Of a stretch of 64,000 nt of DNA, positions 43,001 to 52,938 are shown one piece after another. Origin of the DNA: an uncultured Acidobacteriota bacterium (lineage in GTDB: Bacteria; Acidobacteriota; Thermoanaerobaculia; Multivoradales; UBA5704); assembly GCA_963770895.1 (NCBI GenBank), contig CAVYRF010000002.1, positions 2,272,001 through 2,336,000 of the forward strand. The letters are read 5' to 3'. The notes under the pieces were generated by a model. That model ran no database searches and was not told the DNA's origin. It saw only the letters and a list, made by a program, of their open reading frames with translations. Position 1 is the first letter of the stretch, and every line of letters begins with the position of its first letter. Position numbers and translations under genes: made by a program.

Positions 43001-46000
43001 TCGACCGCCACCACCTGTGTGCGGCCCAGGCGGTCGCGCGCCGAAAGCTCGACCACGTAGACGCCGGAGCGCGGCAGCACCAGCGGCACCGTGGTCGGCG
43101 CGGCGCCGCTGGTGACTTTGGTTTCGCTCACCTTCTCATCCACGACGTCGGTGCGGTAGCGCGCCACGCCGTCGGAGAAGTCGCTGGCCTGCAGGTGCGA
43201 GTGCCACTGCCGCTGCAGCAGCCGCACCGTCACCACCTGGCCGGCGAGCGGCTTGTTGTCGGGGCCGACCACCACCAGCGCCGGCGTGATCTGGCTGGCC
43301 CGCTCGACGTAGCGCGGCACCTTGAGGCCGAGCACGAAGGGCGGCAGGGCGACGACGGCGCGGGTGGCGGTGACCGTCTGGTCGTCGGCGCCGGTGATGG
43401 TCGCCTCGACCACGTAGGTGCGCGGCTGCGCCGTCGGCTCGATCGCCGGGTTGAGCACCAGGGAGGCGGCGCCGGTGGCGTCGGTCGTGTCCTGCCGGCT
43501 CAGGCGCGGCGAGGACTCGAAGCGGCCGGCGCTCGAAAAGCGCCCGTCGGACGAATAGAGGAAGCCCGACAGGTGCGGCGCCGGCGTCCAGGCGTAGGGG
43601 AACTGCGTCACCCGCCAGGCGAGCGGCCGCGCCGCCACCCGGCCGCCGGCGTAGTAGGCGGCGGTCAGGTCGACCTTGAATTCGCGGTCGAGCGGCACGG
43701 TGTCGGCGGAGTGCAGCTGCACCTCGAACTTCGGCAGCCGGTAGGCCTCCATGCGGAACGACACCTTGCCCAGGGCGTGGTCGTCGCTGTCCTTGAACGT
43801 GGCGGAGTAGACGCCGGTGGGGAGCTTGTCCTGCTTGAACGCCTGGTAGAAGGAGCCGTGGCGGGTGACGGTGACCGGCAGCTTCCACACCAGGTCGCCG
43901 GGGCCGCTCACCTCGACGGTGCCGGGATCGGTCAGCGGCGTGAGGTGGCCGCGCTCGCGCCGGCGCAGGTAGCCCTTGATGTAGACCGTCTCTTCGGGCC
44001 GGTAGACCGGGCGCTCGGTGAAGATGTGGCACAGGTCCAGGGCCGCGGGCCCGCGCCCTTCCAGGATGCCCTGCGTCCAATCGAGCCAGATTTCGTGGCG
44101 CGGACGCCAGCGGTCGTCGCTCCAGCCGTCGGGCGGATGGCTGGGATCGAGCACCAGCACGTCGGCGCCCAGGCGGGCGACGATGCGCTGGACGGTCACC
44201 TCGCGGTGATTTTCCGCTCTGCCCGGCGCCGCCCAGCGCACCCGGCCGGCGGCGTCGGTGGTGCCTTCGAACAGGGTGCTCCAGGTGGCCTTGTCCGCGG
44301 CGGCGCTGCCGCGGGCCGCGACGGAGCCTTCGATGCGCACCGTGGCCCCGGCGACCGGCGCCGCGGTGGCCAGCGAGGTGACCGCGAACACCACGGCTTC
44401 GGGCTCTTCGACCGCGGTCAGCGCCAGGTCGGTGACCTGCAGGCGCATGTACAGGCGGCGGCTGGAGTCCAGGCGCCGGATGCCGACGACGTAGGTGCCC
44501 GGCGCGTCGCGGCCGGAGATGTGCGCCAGGTGCGGCGCCAGGTCCAGGCCGAAGCGGGCGGTGCCGCCGGCGCGGCGCAGCGGCAGCGCCACCAGGTCGG
44601 ACACCGGCGGCGAGCCGAGCGCCTTGAGGTGGCGCGCGATGTGCGCCGCGGTCACCGTCTGGTCGGCGGTCTGCCAGGGGTCCGGCTCTTCGCCGGGGCC
44701 CGGCGGGCGCTGCGCTTCGTCGATCCCGACCGGGGCATCCGGGAAGGGCCAGAGGGAGCGGTCGAGCGGATCGACCGGGTAGACGCGCAGGTCGACGCGC
44801 TCGAAGCCGCGCCCTTCGAGCGGCAGCATGCGCGGCCCGTAGCGCTCGACGATGCCCTGGCTCGCGGTCCAGCGCAGGAAACCGGCGAGCTGCGGGAAGG
44901 TCACGAACACCTCGGTCGTGCCGCGCACCTCCAGGTGGCGCCCCTTGCTGTCGGTGATGTCGGGGGCCGGCGCCAGCCGCACGCGGTAGAGGGTGTCGCG
45001 GCGGAAGTCGCCGCTCAGCAGCAGCTCGCGGCCGGCGGCGCTGAACTGCAGCCCCGGCACCGCCGGCTCCAGGCGCACCAGGTTGCGGGCGGCGATCGGC
45101 GACAGTCCGGCGGCGAGCGGCGCCGACAGCTCGACGCTCAGCTGCCGGCCTTCGCGCGTGCAGCGCAGCGCCTGCTCGCGGCTGTAGCGCGTGCCGGCGG
45201 AAGCGACCGGCGCCTGCGCTCCGGCGCAGCCCACGGCGACGACGCGAAAGCGCTCGGCGGTGGAAAAGGCCAGGTCCAGCGCCGATTCGGGCGTCTCCTC
45301 GGACAGCGACAGCCGGAAGTGCAGCACGGCGCGCACCCCGAGCGGCACCGGGCGCGCCAGGGTGACGACGTAGGCGGCGGGATCGGAGCGGGCGCCGCGC
45401 TCCTGGGCCTTGATCTGGAAGTCCTGCGCGGTCAGGGTGTGGGGCGAGCCGCCGGCGTCGCCGGCCGCGCCGCTGCCTGGCTCGGTGGTGGCGGCCTCGT
45501 CGCTCGCTCCCGGCAGCGGGCGCAGCTCGATGGTCAGCATGCGCGCCAGGGTCTGCGCGTCCAGCGGCTCGGCGAACACCAGGGTGATGGTGCGCACCGG
45601 GTCGAGCCCTTCGGCGCCGGCGGCCGGCAGGGTGGAAACCGGCGGCGACATCAGCGTGTCGAGTCTGGCGGTGGCCGCGCCGGCGGTCCAGGTGAAGCGG
45701 GCGAGCGGCGGCCACGGCTCGGCCGGGGTGAACTGCAGGGTGCGCGCATTGAGCCAGCGGAAGGCTCCCGGATGGAGCGGCGCCATTTTCACCCAGCGCG
45801 CGGGATTGTCTTCGGGGCCGCCCTTGGCGGGACCCAGGTCGCGGTCGAAGAAGATCGTCACCGGGTCCCAGCGCCGCAGGAAGTGGTCCGGCACCATGAT
45901 GGTGCCGGCGCGGCGGCCCGCCGGACGCAGATCGTTGGCGGCGTTGCCGGCTTTGGCGGCGGTGCCGGCGTTGGTGGCGCTGCCGGCGTCGCGGGCGCTG

Positions 46001-46083
46001 CCGGCCAGCGGCATCCTGGCGGCCAGCGCCAGGGTCAGGGCGGCGGCGCCCAGGGCCAGGGATCGAGGGACCGAGCGGATCAT
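40051..46083 (-). CDS. Bacterial alpha-2-macroglobulin (about 2010 aa)
   Basis: ATGA coupling at 46080-46083; FTERPVYRPEE, LPDDLT, PRFVRPGD, thioester YPYGCTEQ, PARAEAMY. Confidence 0.92.
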   Translation of the reverse strand: MIRSVPRSLALGAAALTLALAARMPLAGSARDAGSATNAGTAAKAGNAANDLRPAGRRAGTIMVPDHFLRRWDPVTIFFDRDLGPAKGGPEDNPARWVKMAPLHPGAFRWLNARTLQFTPAEPWPPLARFTWTAGAATARLDTLMSPPVSTLPAAGAEGLDPVRTITLVFAEPLDAQTLARMLTIELRPLPGASDEAATTEPGSGAAGDAGGSPHTLTAQDFQIKAQERGARSDPAAYVVTLARPVPLGVRAVLHFRLSLSEETPESALDLAFSTAERFRVVAVGCAGAQAPVASAGTRYSREQALRCTREGRQLSVELSAPLAAGLSPIAARNLVRLEPAVPGLQFSAAGRELLLSGDFRRDTLYRVRLAPAPDITDSKGRHLEVRGTTEVFVTFPQLAGFLRWTASQGIVERYGPRMLPLEGRGFERVDLRVYPVDPLDRSLWPFPDAPVGIDEAQRPPGPGEEPDPWQTADQTVTAAHIARHLKALGSPPVSDLVALPLRRAGGTARFGLDLAPHLAHISGRDAPGTYVVGIRRLDSSRRLYMRLQVTDLALTAVEEPEAVVFAVTSLATAAPVAGATVRIEGSVAARGSAAADKATWSTLFEGTTDAAGRVRWAAPGRAENHREVTVQRIVARLGADVLVLDPSHPPDGWSDDRWRPRHEIWLDWTQGILEGRGPAALDLCHIFTERPVYRPEETVYIKGYLRRRERGHLTPLTDPGTVEVSGPGDLVWKLPVTVTRHGSFYQAFKQDKLPTGVYSATFKDSDDHALGKVSFRMEAYRLPKFEVQLHSADTVPLDREFKVDLTAAYYAGGRVAARPLAWRVTQFPYAWTPAPHLSGFLYSSDGRFSSAGRFESSPRLSRQDTTDATGAASLVLNPAIEPTAQPRTYVVEATITGADDQTVTATRAVVALPPFVLGLKVPRYVERASQITPALVVVGPDNKPLAGQVVTVRLLQRQWHSHLQASDFSDGVARYRTDVVDEKVSETKVTSGAAPTTVPLVLPRSGVYVVELSARDRLGRTQVVAVDLYAGGEQAVTWAKPPAGVFQVIPDKTEYRPGETADLVLESPFQHGRALAVIEAPEGNVYSWVAVEGGAATFKVPILGSYTPRVPVHFMLERGRVAGTAPQPGSAADLGRPATVAATTWLKVAPLDNRLDVKLAYPEKARPGQTIEVKIAIADPQGRPQPGEATLWLVDQAVLALGREQRLDPLPDFITAVASHLTIGDSRNLAFGFLPYAENPGGEVGGGASTGLLDRVTVRRNFKPVPYFNPSIEIGPDGTAKVAVELPDDLTNFKIRAKVASGAERFGFGTGEISVRLPVLVQPALPRFVRPGDRFKAAAIGRVVEGEGGAGVAEVRATGVTVGGARRQDIQWSAKEASRIEFPVTVETPGFRPDGTPASAEVTLRFAAERTGDHAADAAEVKLPVRDDRRRVAVRLQQDLLGGGTLQVPALPEPARPGTVRRSILASGEPALVRMAAGLDFLLDYPYGCTEQRLSRARAELALARLRDLLHESGDDQRLRRDVTETLDWIGRAVDADGLVAYWPGSRGYVSLTAWSLQFMVEAKAGGYTINAKLWATVTRSLEQSLRTDYGHFIDGEAFAERSWALAALTAAGEAQPAYAAELARKTQFLDLEGVSQVLLAFAGPAAAKPAHPAAAAAAGGDAGPTADALARRLWGGIVFKLYGGHQIYGGLQGAGGPVFAGNGLILPGETRTLSEATRALVRHDGADPRLPVLVTALTTLGGGDGWGSTNANAEALLALGELLRPPFAGAGAHTLDVKLGKTSSTLALGPQAPVATLVATAEDAGAAGTISLAAAGQQGADARPVAVRVETSYMPATEGDRVEPAAAGLVVSRELLKVHPAGGPPDQLAIAHGGTTLHFAVGDVVEEHVRVVNPKERHYVAVAVPLAAGLEPLNPNLATAPPEARPRGSLSLGPSYAAYLDDEVTFYYDTLPSGTFDFYFRTRATTEGSFLQPAARAEAMYDATVHGNSAGARVDVVRPPAPAPAAGH

Positions 46084-49000
46084 GGATGGCTCCCGGAGGG
46101 GACCGCGGCGACGGCCCCGGCGTCCTGCATGTATTTGCGGATGACATCGGGCGGCGGGCCGGTGTCGGGCAGCTGCAACCCGACGACTACCGGCCGCACC
46201 CGCACCGGCGCCGCGTCGGCGGGCGCGCTCAGCACCAGCAGATAGTCGCCGGCGTCCAGCTCGGCGCTGTCGAGCATGGCGGCGCCCGCGGCACCTGGGG
46301 CGGCGGTGGCGGGCGCCGGCGACACAGGCTGGCCGTTGCCGCGCAGCAGCCGGCAGGAGACGCGATCGGCGGCGGCGGCCGCCCCCCAGCCGATGGGCCG
46401 GCGGGTGGCGACGTGGAACGAGAAGTAGCGGCTGTCGCCGGGCGGCAGCAGGATCTCGGGGCCGAGCCCCTCGCCGGTGGTGACGACCGGCGTGGTGGTG
46501 ATCTCCGCCGGTCCGGTCAGCACGCCGCCGCCGAGCGCCGCGAAGCCCAGGTGGGAAACCCCGGCGGGCAGCCAGGCGTCCAGGCGCACGCCGGCAGGGT
46601 GGATCGCCACCGCGTCGTCGGTTGCGGCGGGGGCGCCGGCCGCGGCCGCGGGGTCGCCGGCGCGGCGCAGCAGCGTCAAGGCCGGCGCGTCGGCGCGGAC
46701 GCTCAGCACGGCGGCGGCCGGCAGGTCGAGCGTGTAATGGGCGAAGCGGCCGGCGAGCGGCGCCGTCGCCGGCGGGGTCACAGCCTGCGCGGGCGCCGCC
46801 AGGGGCGCCTGCCACGGAGCCGCGGCGGTGGCGGCATTCGCGGCCGCCGCGGCGCCAGCCGGCGCCGGTGCCGCTGCCGTCGCCGCGGTGGCGGCGGCCA
46901 GGAGCGCCGCGTCCCAGACCACGACCGTGCCGGGTCCGTGCTGGATCAACAGGTCGCCGCCGGGCGCGCCGGCGATCTCGGCGACGCCGGTGCGGCTTGC
47001 CACCTGGCGCACGCCGCCCGCGCCGTCCAGCAGCGTGACCTGGACGCCGCCCGACTCGCCGGGCAGGCCGGTGCCACAGAAGACGCGGTAGCGGCGCGGC
47101 TGCCTGTCCCCCGGCGCGGTCCCGGCCAGGCGCAGGCGCAGAATGCCGGTCTGGTCGAAGGAGCGGGTGAACGGCTCGCCGGAGGCGAGCGCCAGGTCGC
47201 CATCGCCGTCCGCGGCGGAGTCCGCGCCGGCTGTGGCACTGCCGCCACCGCCGCTGACATGGCGCGCGAGCACCTCGAAGGTGAAGGGATCGGAGTCTTC
47301 GCGGGTGTGCAGCACGGTCAGCCGCGTGGCGCTGGTGTCCAGGACTTCGGCGAAAGGCTGGCCGCCCTGCCAGTGGGTGCTGGCGACGCTGCCGGCCGTC
47401 GACAGCACGGCGACCAGCGAGCCGCCCAGGTTCAGGTGGACCACCTTGCGTCCAGGCGGCAGGTCGAAGCGGCGGGCCGCCAGGCCGGCCAGGTTGCCGC
47501 CGGTGACCCCCCAACCGCCGGCTTCAGCGGCGGGCGCCGCGAAGCTGATCTGCGTCAGGCGCAGCTCGCCAGCCGCCTGACCCGCCGGCGAGCGGTCGCC
47601 GGCCACGGCCGCCTGGTCGCCATTCCAGGCGCGGATCAGCGGCCGGTGCGGATCGAGCGCCACGGCGACCGCGCTGTGAGCGCCGACGCCCATGGCGGCG
47701 GCCGGCGCCGGCCATGCCGCGCTGTCGGCATTGGCGCCGCTTTCGCCGACGACCAGCGCCGGCTGGCCGGCGGGAGCCGTCGCCATCGCCAGCAGCGGCC
47801 CGCTCCCCCCGCCGTCGCGCCGGGCGGCGTCGGCTTCGACCTGCACGCCGGCGGCAGGCAGGCGTACGGAAACGCCGGCGCCCAGGCCCGCCGGCACCGG
47901 CAAGCGCTCGCCGCGCAAGCGCGGCGCACCCTGCGGCGCCGCGGCGACCAGCCAGAGCCGGTCTTTCTCCGCGGCCAGGGCGACCAGCAGATCGCCTCCG
48001 CCGCTAGCAAGCGGGGCCAGGGCCTGACCGGCGATGCTGCCGGCGCGCCAGCGCTCCGCGGCGTCACCGGGTTCGGTTGCCCCGCCGGCCGCGGCGCCCG
48101 TGGCACCGCCGTCCACGCCGCCTTGCAGGCGCAGGCGCGCCAGCCCGGGCGCCGCCATGTCGACCACCGCGGCGGCCAGCGGCCCAAGCGGCGGCCGCAG
48201 GCCGCGCAGCAGCGGCACGGTCGTGCCCTTGGTCAGCCGCCCTTCGCCGACGTGCGGCACGGCGACGGCCGCCGCCGCCAGCTCGATGCTGGCGCCGCGC
48301 CGGTCCAGCGACCACAGCCGCAGGCGGTAGTTGCCCGCGCCCGCCGCCGTGGCTCCCGCGGCCAGCGCCAGCTCGACCCGCGGTGTGTGCCCGGTGTCGC
48401 CAGCGACGCGGCGCCAGCCGGTGCCGTCGCGCACCTCCAACGCCAGGCCGAGGTTGTCGTCGGAGCGGGCTGCCGCCAACAGCAGGTCGGCCTCGCCGGC
48501 GGCAGGCAGCGGCAGCAGGTGCACCTGCTCGCCCACCGCCACGTCGCCGTGGAAGGGCAGGACCAGCGGCGGGTCCTCGACCTCGGCCACCGTGCGCATG
48601 GCGACGCGCAGCTGCGCCCTGGAGCGCCCCACCGGTTCGATCTCCAGCTGGTAGCGGCCGGCCGCCAGGTGCTCCGAGATCAGGAAGTTCCAATCGTCGG
48701 GGCGGTCGTCCTGGTCGGCCACCAGCGTGCCGTCCGCGGCATACAGCCGCGCCCGCACGTCGCTGGCCGCATACGAGGCGATCTCGACCAGGCCGCCCCC
48801 GGCGACCGAAACCGGCACCCGGACGGGCGCCTGGAGCAGCCGATCCTGGCCGTCCACCAGCTCGGCCGTCGTCACCCGCACGTGGTAGCGCACCAGGCTG
48901 TTGTGCCGCGAGCAGACGACCGCCAGCTCGTAGGTTCCGGGCGGCAGATCGACGGTCACCGACCGCCCCGGCGGCACCCGCGTGGGCTCGGCGGGTGCGG

Positions 49001-52000
49001 GCGCTGCGTCGCCTTGAGCATTGCCAGAGGCCGACGCGCCCATCGGCGAGGCTGGCGATGCTGCCGGTGATTGGGCGGCCGTGGCCGCCGCGGCTTCCGC
49101 GCCGGCGACGCGGGTGACGGTCCCTTCCATCTCGGCGTCCAGCGCGATGGTGGTCGTCGAGGCGGCCGGGATGCTGAAGCGCCAGCGGTCGGGTGTGCGC
49201 GCGGGTTCGCTCGCGGCGCTTGCGGTGTCTTCGGCGTTCACGGCGCTGGCGACGCTGGCGACGCTGGCGGCGTTGGTGTTGTTTGCGGTGGTGGCGGTGC
49301 TCCCAGCCGGCGGCCGGCTCGATGGCGCTTCCGGCTCGCGCCAGACCGCTTCGGCGGTGCGGTCGAGCGGCAGCGGGCGGACCTCGCGGGCGGTGAAGCG
49401 CAGCGGCTGGCGCACGCGGCTGAGGCGGGTCACGGCGCGGCCGGTCAGCGGCTGCGGCAGCAGCACCAGGCGATAGGTGCCCGCATCGAAGTGGCGGCTG
49501 ACGTCGGCCTTGGCGTTGGGCGGCGCGATCGGCCAGCCGTCGGCGTCTTCGATACGGCATTGGTAGACGAAGCCGAGCCCCATGGCGAGCAGGCGGTAGT
49601 CGCCGGCCTGGGCGACGGCGAAGCGGTAGACCACCGCCTGGCCGGCCGGCAGGGTGATGCGCGCCGGAGCGTCCAGGCGCAGCTCGCCGCCGTCGATCAG
49701 GTGGGTGGCCGCCAGCTCGACCCCCAGGTGCCCCTGCGAGCGCCCCAGCGCCGTCACCGTCGCCTGCAGGTCTCCCTGGCGCAGGTATTGGTGCACCAGG
49801 GCGTTGCGCCCGACGCCGTTGCGGCTGCCGGTGGCAAGCTCGGTCACGGTGCGGGTGCGCAGGGCGGCGGCGGTCGCCAGCATGCCGGTCGTCCGCAGCT
49901 CGTACAGGCCCGGCGTTTCGCTGTCGATGCGGAAGGTCGCTCCGGCGCCGCGCGTCAGGTCCAGGAACCGCGGCGCGCCGCCGGGCTGGAGCTGCGGGAA
50001 GTTCGGCAGGGCGGCGGCGATGGCGCCGGCCGGCAGCGGCGGCAGCGGCGCCGCGGCCGCCAGCGCGGCCGGCTCGACGGTCAGGGAATAGGAGACGGTG
50101 CGGTCGTCGCCGGGGTCTCCCGAATTGCCCGCGGGGCTCGCGCCGGTGGCAGCCGGCGCCGGGTGCTGCACCTGGAGGTGATGGCCGCCGCCGGCCGCGA
50201 CCGGTGCGGCGGTCGTCCAGGGGCCGCCGTCCACCGACACGGCGAGCAGCCGGCCGTCTTCGGTTTCGGCGCGCAGGGTGCCGGGCCCGGCGACCGTGAA
50301 GTCGATCGCCAGCGGTTCGCCGGGGCGCTGGCTGACCGGCAGCGGCTGCCCCAGGTCGACCGGCCACGGGCGCAACACCACCCCCGTCTCCACCCCCGGC
50401 TGGAGGTTGGTGTACAGCCGGTAGGAGGTGTTTGGATCGAGCGTCTGCGGCGCGAAGCGCACGGCGCCGCGCACCGCGAAGGCCGCCCCGCCGGCCGCCG
50501 CTTCAGCCAGCAGCCGCGGGAACTTGCCGGCCGGCCGGACGCCGATGGTGAAGATGCCGGCCTTGCCGCCGCGCGGCTCGGCGCTCAGCACGTAGATGCC
50601 GGGATCCAGGTCCCAATGTGAGCCGCTGCCGCCGAAGGCCGGCGCCTTGTAGTTGGGAGGCCGCGTGGTCAGGAACGGCTCGATGCGATAACGGCCCCCT
50701 GGGGTCGCCACCACCTCGTAGCGCCCCTTCTCCTTGACGTCGAGGTAGAGGGTCAGGCCGTTCTGCATGTTGAAGCGGCGCGCCCAGGCGTGGGTGCCGT
50801 CGATCTGCGGTGCATAGGTCGCTTCCAACCGCTGGGCGCCGGAGCCGCGACCGGAGGTGAGCACGGCAGCGGCGTCCACCGAATCGGCGGGGTCGCCCGA
50901 GTGGATCGTCGAGATCCAGTAACGGCCCGAAAGATCGATGTTGTAGACCGATCGCTGCTCGAAGTGCTGCAGCACGTAGGCCTGCCCCGGCGTGCCGCGC
51001 ACCGCCAGCCACAGCTGCGGGCCGCCGGGCGCCGCGGCGGCGCCGCCGGACTGGCCTTCCGTCGCCGCGCCGGCGTCCGCGCCTTCTGCTGCTTCCGGCT
51101 CCGCGGCGGCGGCCTCTCCTTCGGCGGGCGTGGCGCCGCGCTCTCCCCTTGGCGCGGCGTCGCCCTCCTGGTCTGCAGCGGTGTCGGGAGCGTTGGGAGC
51201 GTTGGCGGCGTCGGAAGCGTTGGCGGCGTCCGGAGCCATCGGCTGATCGGCTGGCTCGCCGGTGCCGACGTTGGCGCTCTCCTGGCCGGATGCGGCAGGC
51301 GTGTTGGCGCCCGCGCCAGCGGCGTCTTCCTGCGCCGCGGCATCGCCTTGCATCGGCGCTCCGGCGCTGTCGGCGTCGCCGTTTGCCGCGTTCGAGTCGT
51401 TGGCGCCGTTGGCGCCGTTGGCGCCAGTGCCGGGCTGCTCCGGCGCGGCCTCCCCGTCGCCCTCCTGGTCGCCGGCTTCGCCACCCTTGCCGGCGGTGTC
51501 CGCCGCCTCCGGCTCGGCGACCGACGGCAGGGCGCCGCGCTCGCCGGCGGCGGTGTTGGCGGTGTCCGCGGTCGATGCCGCACTGGCGTCGGGCTTGGTC
51601 GACACGTGCAGGTCGGCGACCGGCGGCGAGGAATTCTTCAGCACCTCGGCGGTGTCGCCCTTGGCGGCGATGCCGGACAGCAGATCGCCGGCGGCCGCCC
51701 AGCCGGCGGCAAGCCGCATGGGCTGGGCCTGCGGCAGCTCGACGCGCGCGTAGTTGACGTTGGCCGGCACCGCGAACCAGTCTTCGCCGAACGGGCTGAC
51801 CACGTAGCGCCGGCGCCCGGCGTCGGGCAGGCTGGGGTAGCCCCAGCGCAGGTAGAACGGGTGCTCCGCCCCCTCTTCGGCCCACGCCTGCCCGGCGCCG
51901 CCGTAGGCCGCCACCAGGTACAGGCCGGCCGGCAGGACGGTTGCGATCTCGCAGCGCAGCAGCGGTTTGCCGGTCACCGGCTGAATCGGCGCGCAGCTGG

Positions 52001-52751
52001 GCGTCACGTCTTCAAGCCAGCTGCCGTCCCGCCACAGACGCAGGTCGGCCAGGTTGCGTCCCGCCGCCTCCAGCCGCACCTCGCGCCGGGCGGCCAGCGG
52101 TATCCAGTAGGAGACCTGCCGCAGATCTTCCAGCGACGCCGCGAGCAGCTTGCGCTCGACCAGGGCGAGCGGCGCGGCGCCGCCCTGCCTGTCGGCGAAG
52201 GGCTCGACCGACAGCTTGGCCGTGCCCTCGCCGTGTTCGTGGCTTTCCACCACCAGCTTGTAGTCGCCGCGGTCGAGGAACAGGTCGAGGCGCCCGTTTT
52301 CGCTGCCCGCTTCGCCGGCGGCGCCGATCTCACCCGCCATGCGGTCGACCACCCGCACCTCGGTGCCCTGGGCGCTCGCGGCGCGTACCGAATAGCGGCC
52401 AAAGGCGGCGATCGACACGATCGCTTCCTGCCGGCCGGTGGCGGGCACCTCGGCGCGCGACAGCCTTGCCGGTGCGCCGGCGGGGATGGCCACTGGCGTG
52501 GCCGATGCTGCGGATGCGGCGGATGCTGCGGGCGCGGCGGCCGGGGAGGCGGCGGCCGGCGTGGCAGCGGCAGCCTGGATGCCTGCCAGCGCTGCCGCGG
52601 CCGGGCCGCCAACCGTCGCGGCGGCGGCCGCCAGCCCGCACAGCGCGGCCAGCCAGGCTGTCGCGCGGCGGCGGACCGGCCGCTCGCGCGAAGAGGGTGA
52701 GATCTTGCTGGAGCGGTGCCCGCCCGCGATCGTCGCCGCGCACTTTTTCAT
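46080..52751 (-). CDS. Giant (about 2220 aa) secreted hypothetical protein with repeated beta-sandwich-like modules
   Basis: Long ORF with signal-like N-terminus; recurring L-x-x-G-x-Y-x-L motifs; coupled to A2M; start uncertain. Confidence 0.78.
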   Translation of the reverse strand: MKKCAATIAGGHRSSKISPSSRERPVRRRATAWLAALCGLAAAAATVGGPAAAALAGIQAAAATPAAASPAAAPAASAASAASATPVAIPAGAPARLSRAEVPATGRQEAIVSIAAFGRYSVRAASAQGTEVRVVDRMAGEIGAAGEAGSENGRLDLFLDRGDYKLVVESHEHGEGTAKLSVEPFADRQGGAAPLALVERKLLAASLEDLRQVSYWIPLAARREVRLEAAGRNLADLRLWRDGSWLEDVTPSCAPIQPVTGKPLLRCEIATVLPAGLYLVAAYGGAGQAWAEEGAEHPFYLRWGYPSLPDAGRRRYVVSPFGEDWFAVPANVNYARVELPQAQPMRLAAGWAAAGDLLSGIAAKGDTAEVLKNSSPPVADLHVSTKPDASAASTADTANTAAGERGALPSVAEPEAADTAGKGGEAGDQEGDGEAAPEQPGTGANGANGANDSNAANGDADSAGAPMQGDAAAQEDAAGAGANTPAASGQESANVGTGEPADQPMAPDAANASDAANAPNAPDTAADQEGDAAPRGERGATPAEGEAAAAEPEAAEGADAGAATEGQSGGAAAAPGGPQLWLAVRGTPGQAYVLQHFEQRSVYNIDLSGRYWISTIHSGDPADSVDAAAVLTSGRGSGAQRLEATYAPQIDGTHAWARRFNMQNGLTLYLDVKEKGRYEVVATPGGRYRIEPFLTTRPPNYKAPAFGGSGSHWDLDPGIYVLSAEPRGGKAGIFTIGVRPAGKFPRLLAEAAAGGAAFAVRGAVRFAPQTLDPNTSYRLYTNLQPGVETGVVLRPWPVDLGQPLPVSQRPGEPLAIDFTVAGPGTLRAETEDGRLLAVSVDGGPWTTAAPVAAGGGHHLQVQHPAPAATGASPAGNSGDPGDDRTVSYSLTVEPAALAAAAPLPPLPAGAIAAALPNFPQLQPGGAPRFLDLTRGAGATFRIDSETPGLYELRTTGMLATAAALRTRTVTELATGSRNGVGRNALVHQYLRQGDLQATVTALGRSQGHLGVELAATHLIDGGELRLDAPARITLPAGQAVVYRFAVAQAGDYRLLAMGLGFVYQCRIEDADGWPIAPPNAKADVSRHFDAGTYRLVLLPQPLTGRAVTRLSRVRQPLRFTAREVRPLPLDRTAEAVWREPEAPSSRPPAGSTATTANNTNAASVASVASAVNAEDTASAASEPARTPDRWRFSIPAASTTTIALDAEMEGTVTRVAGAEAAAATAAQSPAASPASPMGASASGNAQGDAAPAPAEPTRVPPGRSVTVDLPPGTYELAVVCSRHNSLVRYHVRVTTAELVDGQDRLLQAPVRVPVSVAGGGLVEIASYAASDVRARLYAADGTLVADQDDRPDDWNFLISEHLAAGRYQLEIEPVGRSRAQLRVAMRTVAEVEDPPLVLPFHGDVAVGEQVHLLPLPAAGEADLLLAAARSDDNLGLALEVRDGTGWRRVAGDTGHTPRVELALAAGATAAGAGNYRLRLWSLDRRGASIELAAAAVAVPHVGEGRLTKGTTVPLLRGLRPPLGPLAAAVVDMAAPGLARLRLQGGVDGGATGAAAGGATEPGDAAERWRAGSIAGQALAPLASGGGDLLVALAAEKDRLWLVAAAPQGAPRLRGERLPVPAGLGAGVSVRLPAAGVQVEADAARRDGGGSGPLLAMATAPAGQPALVVGESGANADSAAWPAPAAAMGVGAHSAVAVALDPHRPLIRAWNGDQAAVAGDRSPAGQAAGELRLTQISFAAPAAEAGGWGVTGGNLAGLAARRFDLPPGRKVVHLNLGGSLVAVLSTAGSVASTHWQGGQPFAEVLDTSATRLTVLHTREDSDPFTFEVLARHVSGGGGSATAGADSAADGDGDLALASGEPFTRSFDQTGILRLRLAGTAPGDRQPRRYRVFCGTGLPGESGGVQVTLLDGAGGVRQVASRTGVAEIAGAPGGDLLIQHGPGTVVVWDAALLAAATAATAAAPAPAGAAAAANAATAAAPWQAPLAAPAQAVTPPATAPLAGRFAHYTLDLPAAAVLSVRADAPALTLLRRAGDPAAAAGAPAATDDAVAIHPAGVRLDAWLPAGVSHLGFAALGGGVLTGPAEITTTPVVTTGEGLGPEILLPPGDSRYFSFHVATRRPIGWGAAAAADRVSCRLLRGNGQPVSPAPATAAPGAAGAAMLDSAELDAGDYLLVLSAPADAAPVRVRPVVVGLQLPDTGPPPDVIRKYMQDAGAVAAVPSGSHP

Positions 52752-52938
52752 GATGGAGCTCCCGACTGATGCCCGTATTCTATGGGAACGCACGGGCCGC
52801 TGCGCGCCGGCGCAGGACACAGGTGCCCGGGTCCTGAATAAGGAAGCGCAGGACGCCGGAAATCGGGGCCAGCGCCAGCTTCAGGGTTCTTCCGCCGGCT
52901 CGGTGCCGGGGTCGCGCGGGGCTGCCAGGTTGCGTGGG

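Noticed and set aside
46084-47514. N-terminal extension making A2M 2487 aa
   Set aside because: Overlaps the giant upstream gene; ATG 46083 gives a signal peptide and ATGA coupling
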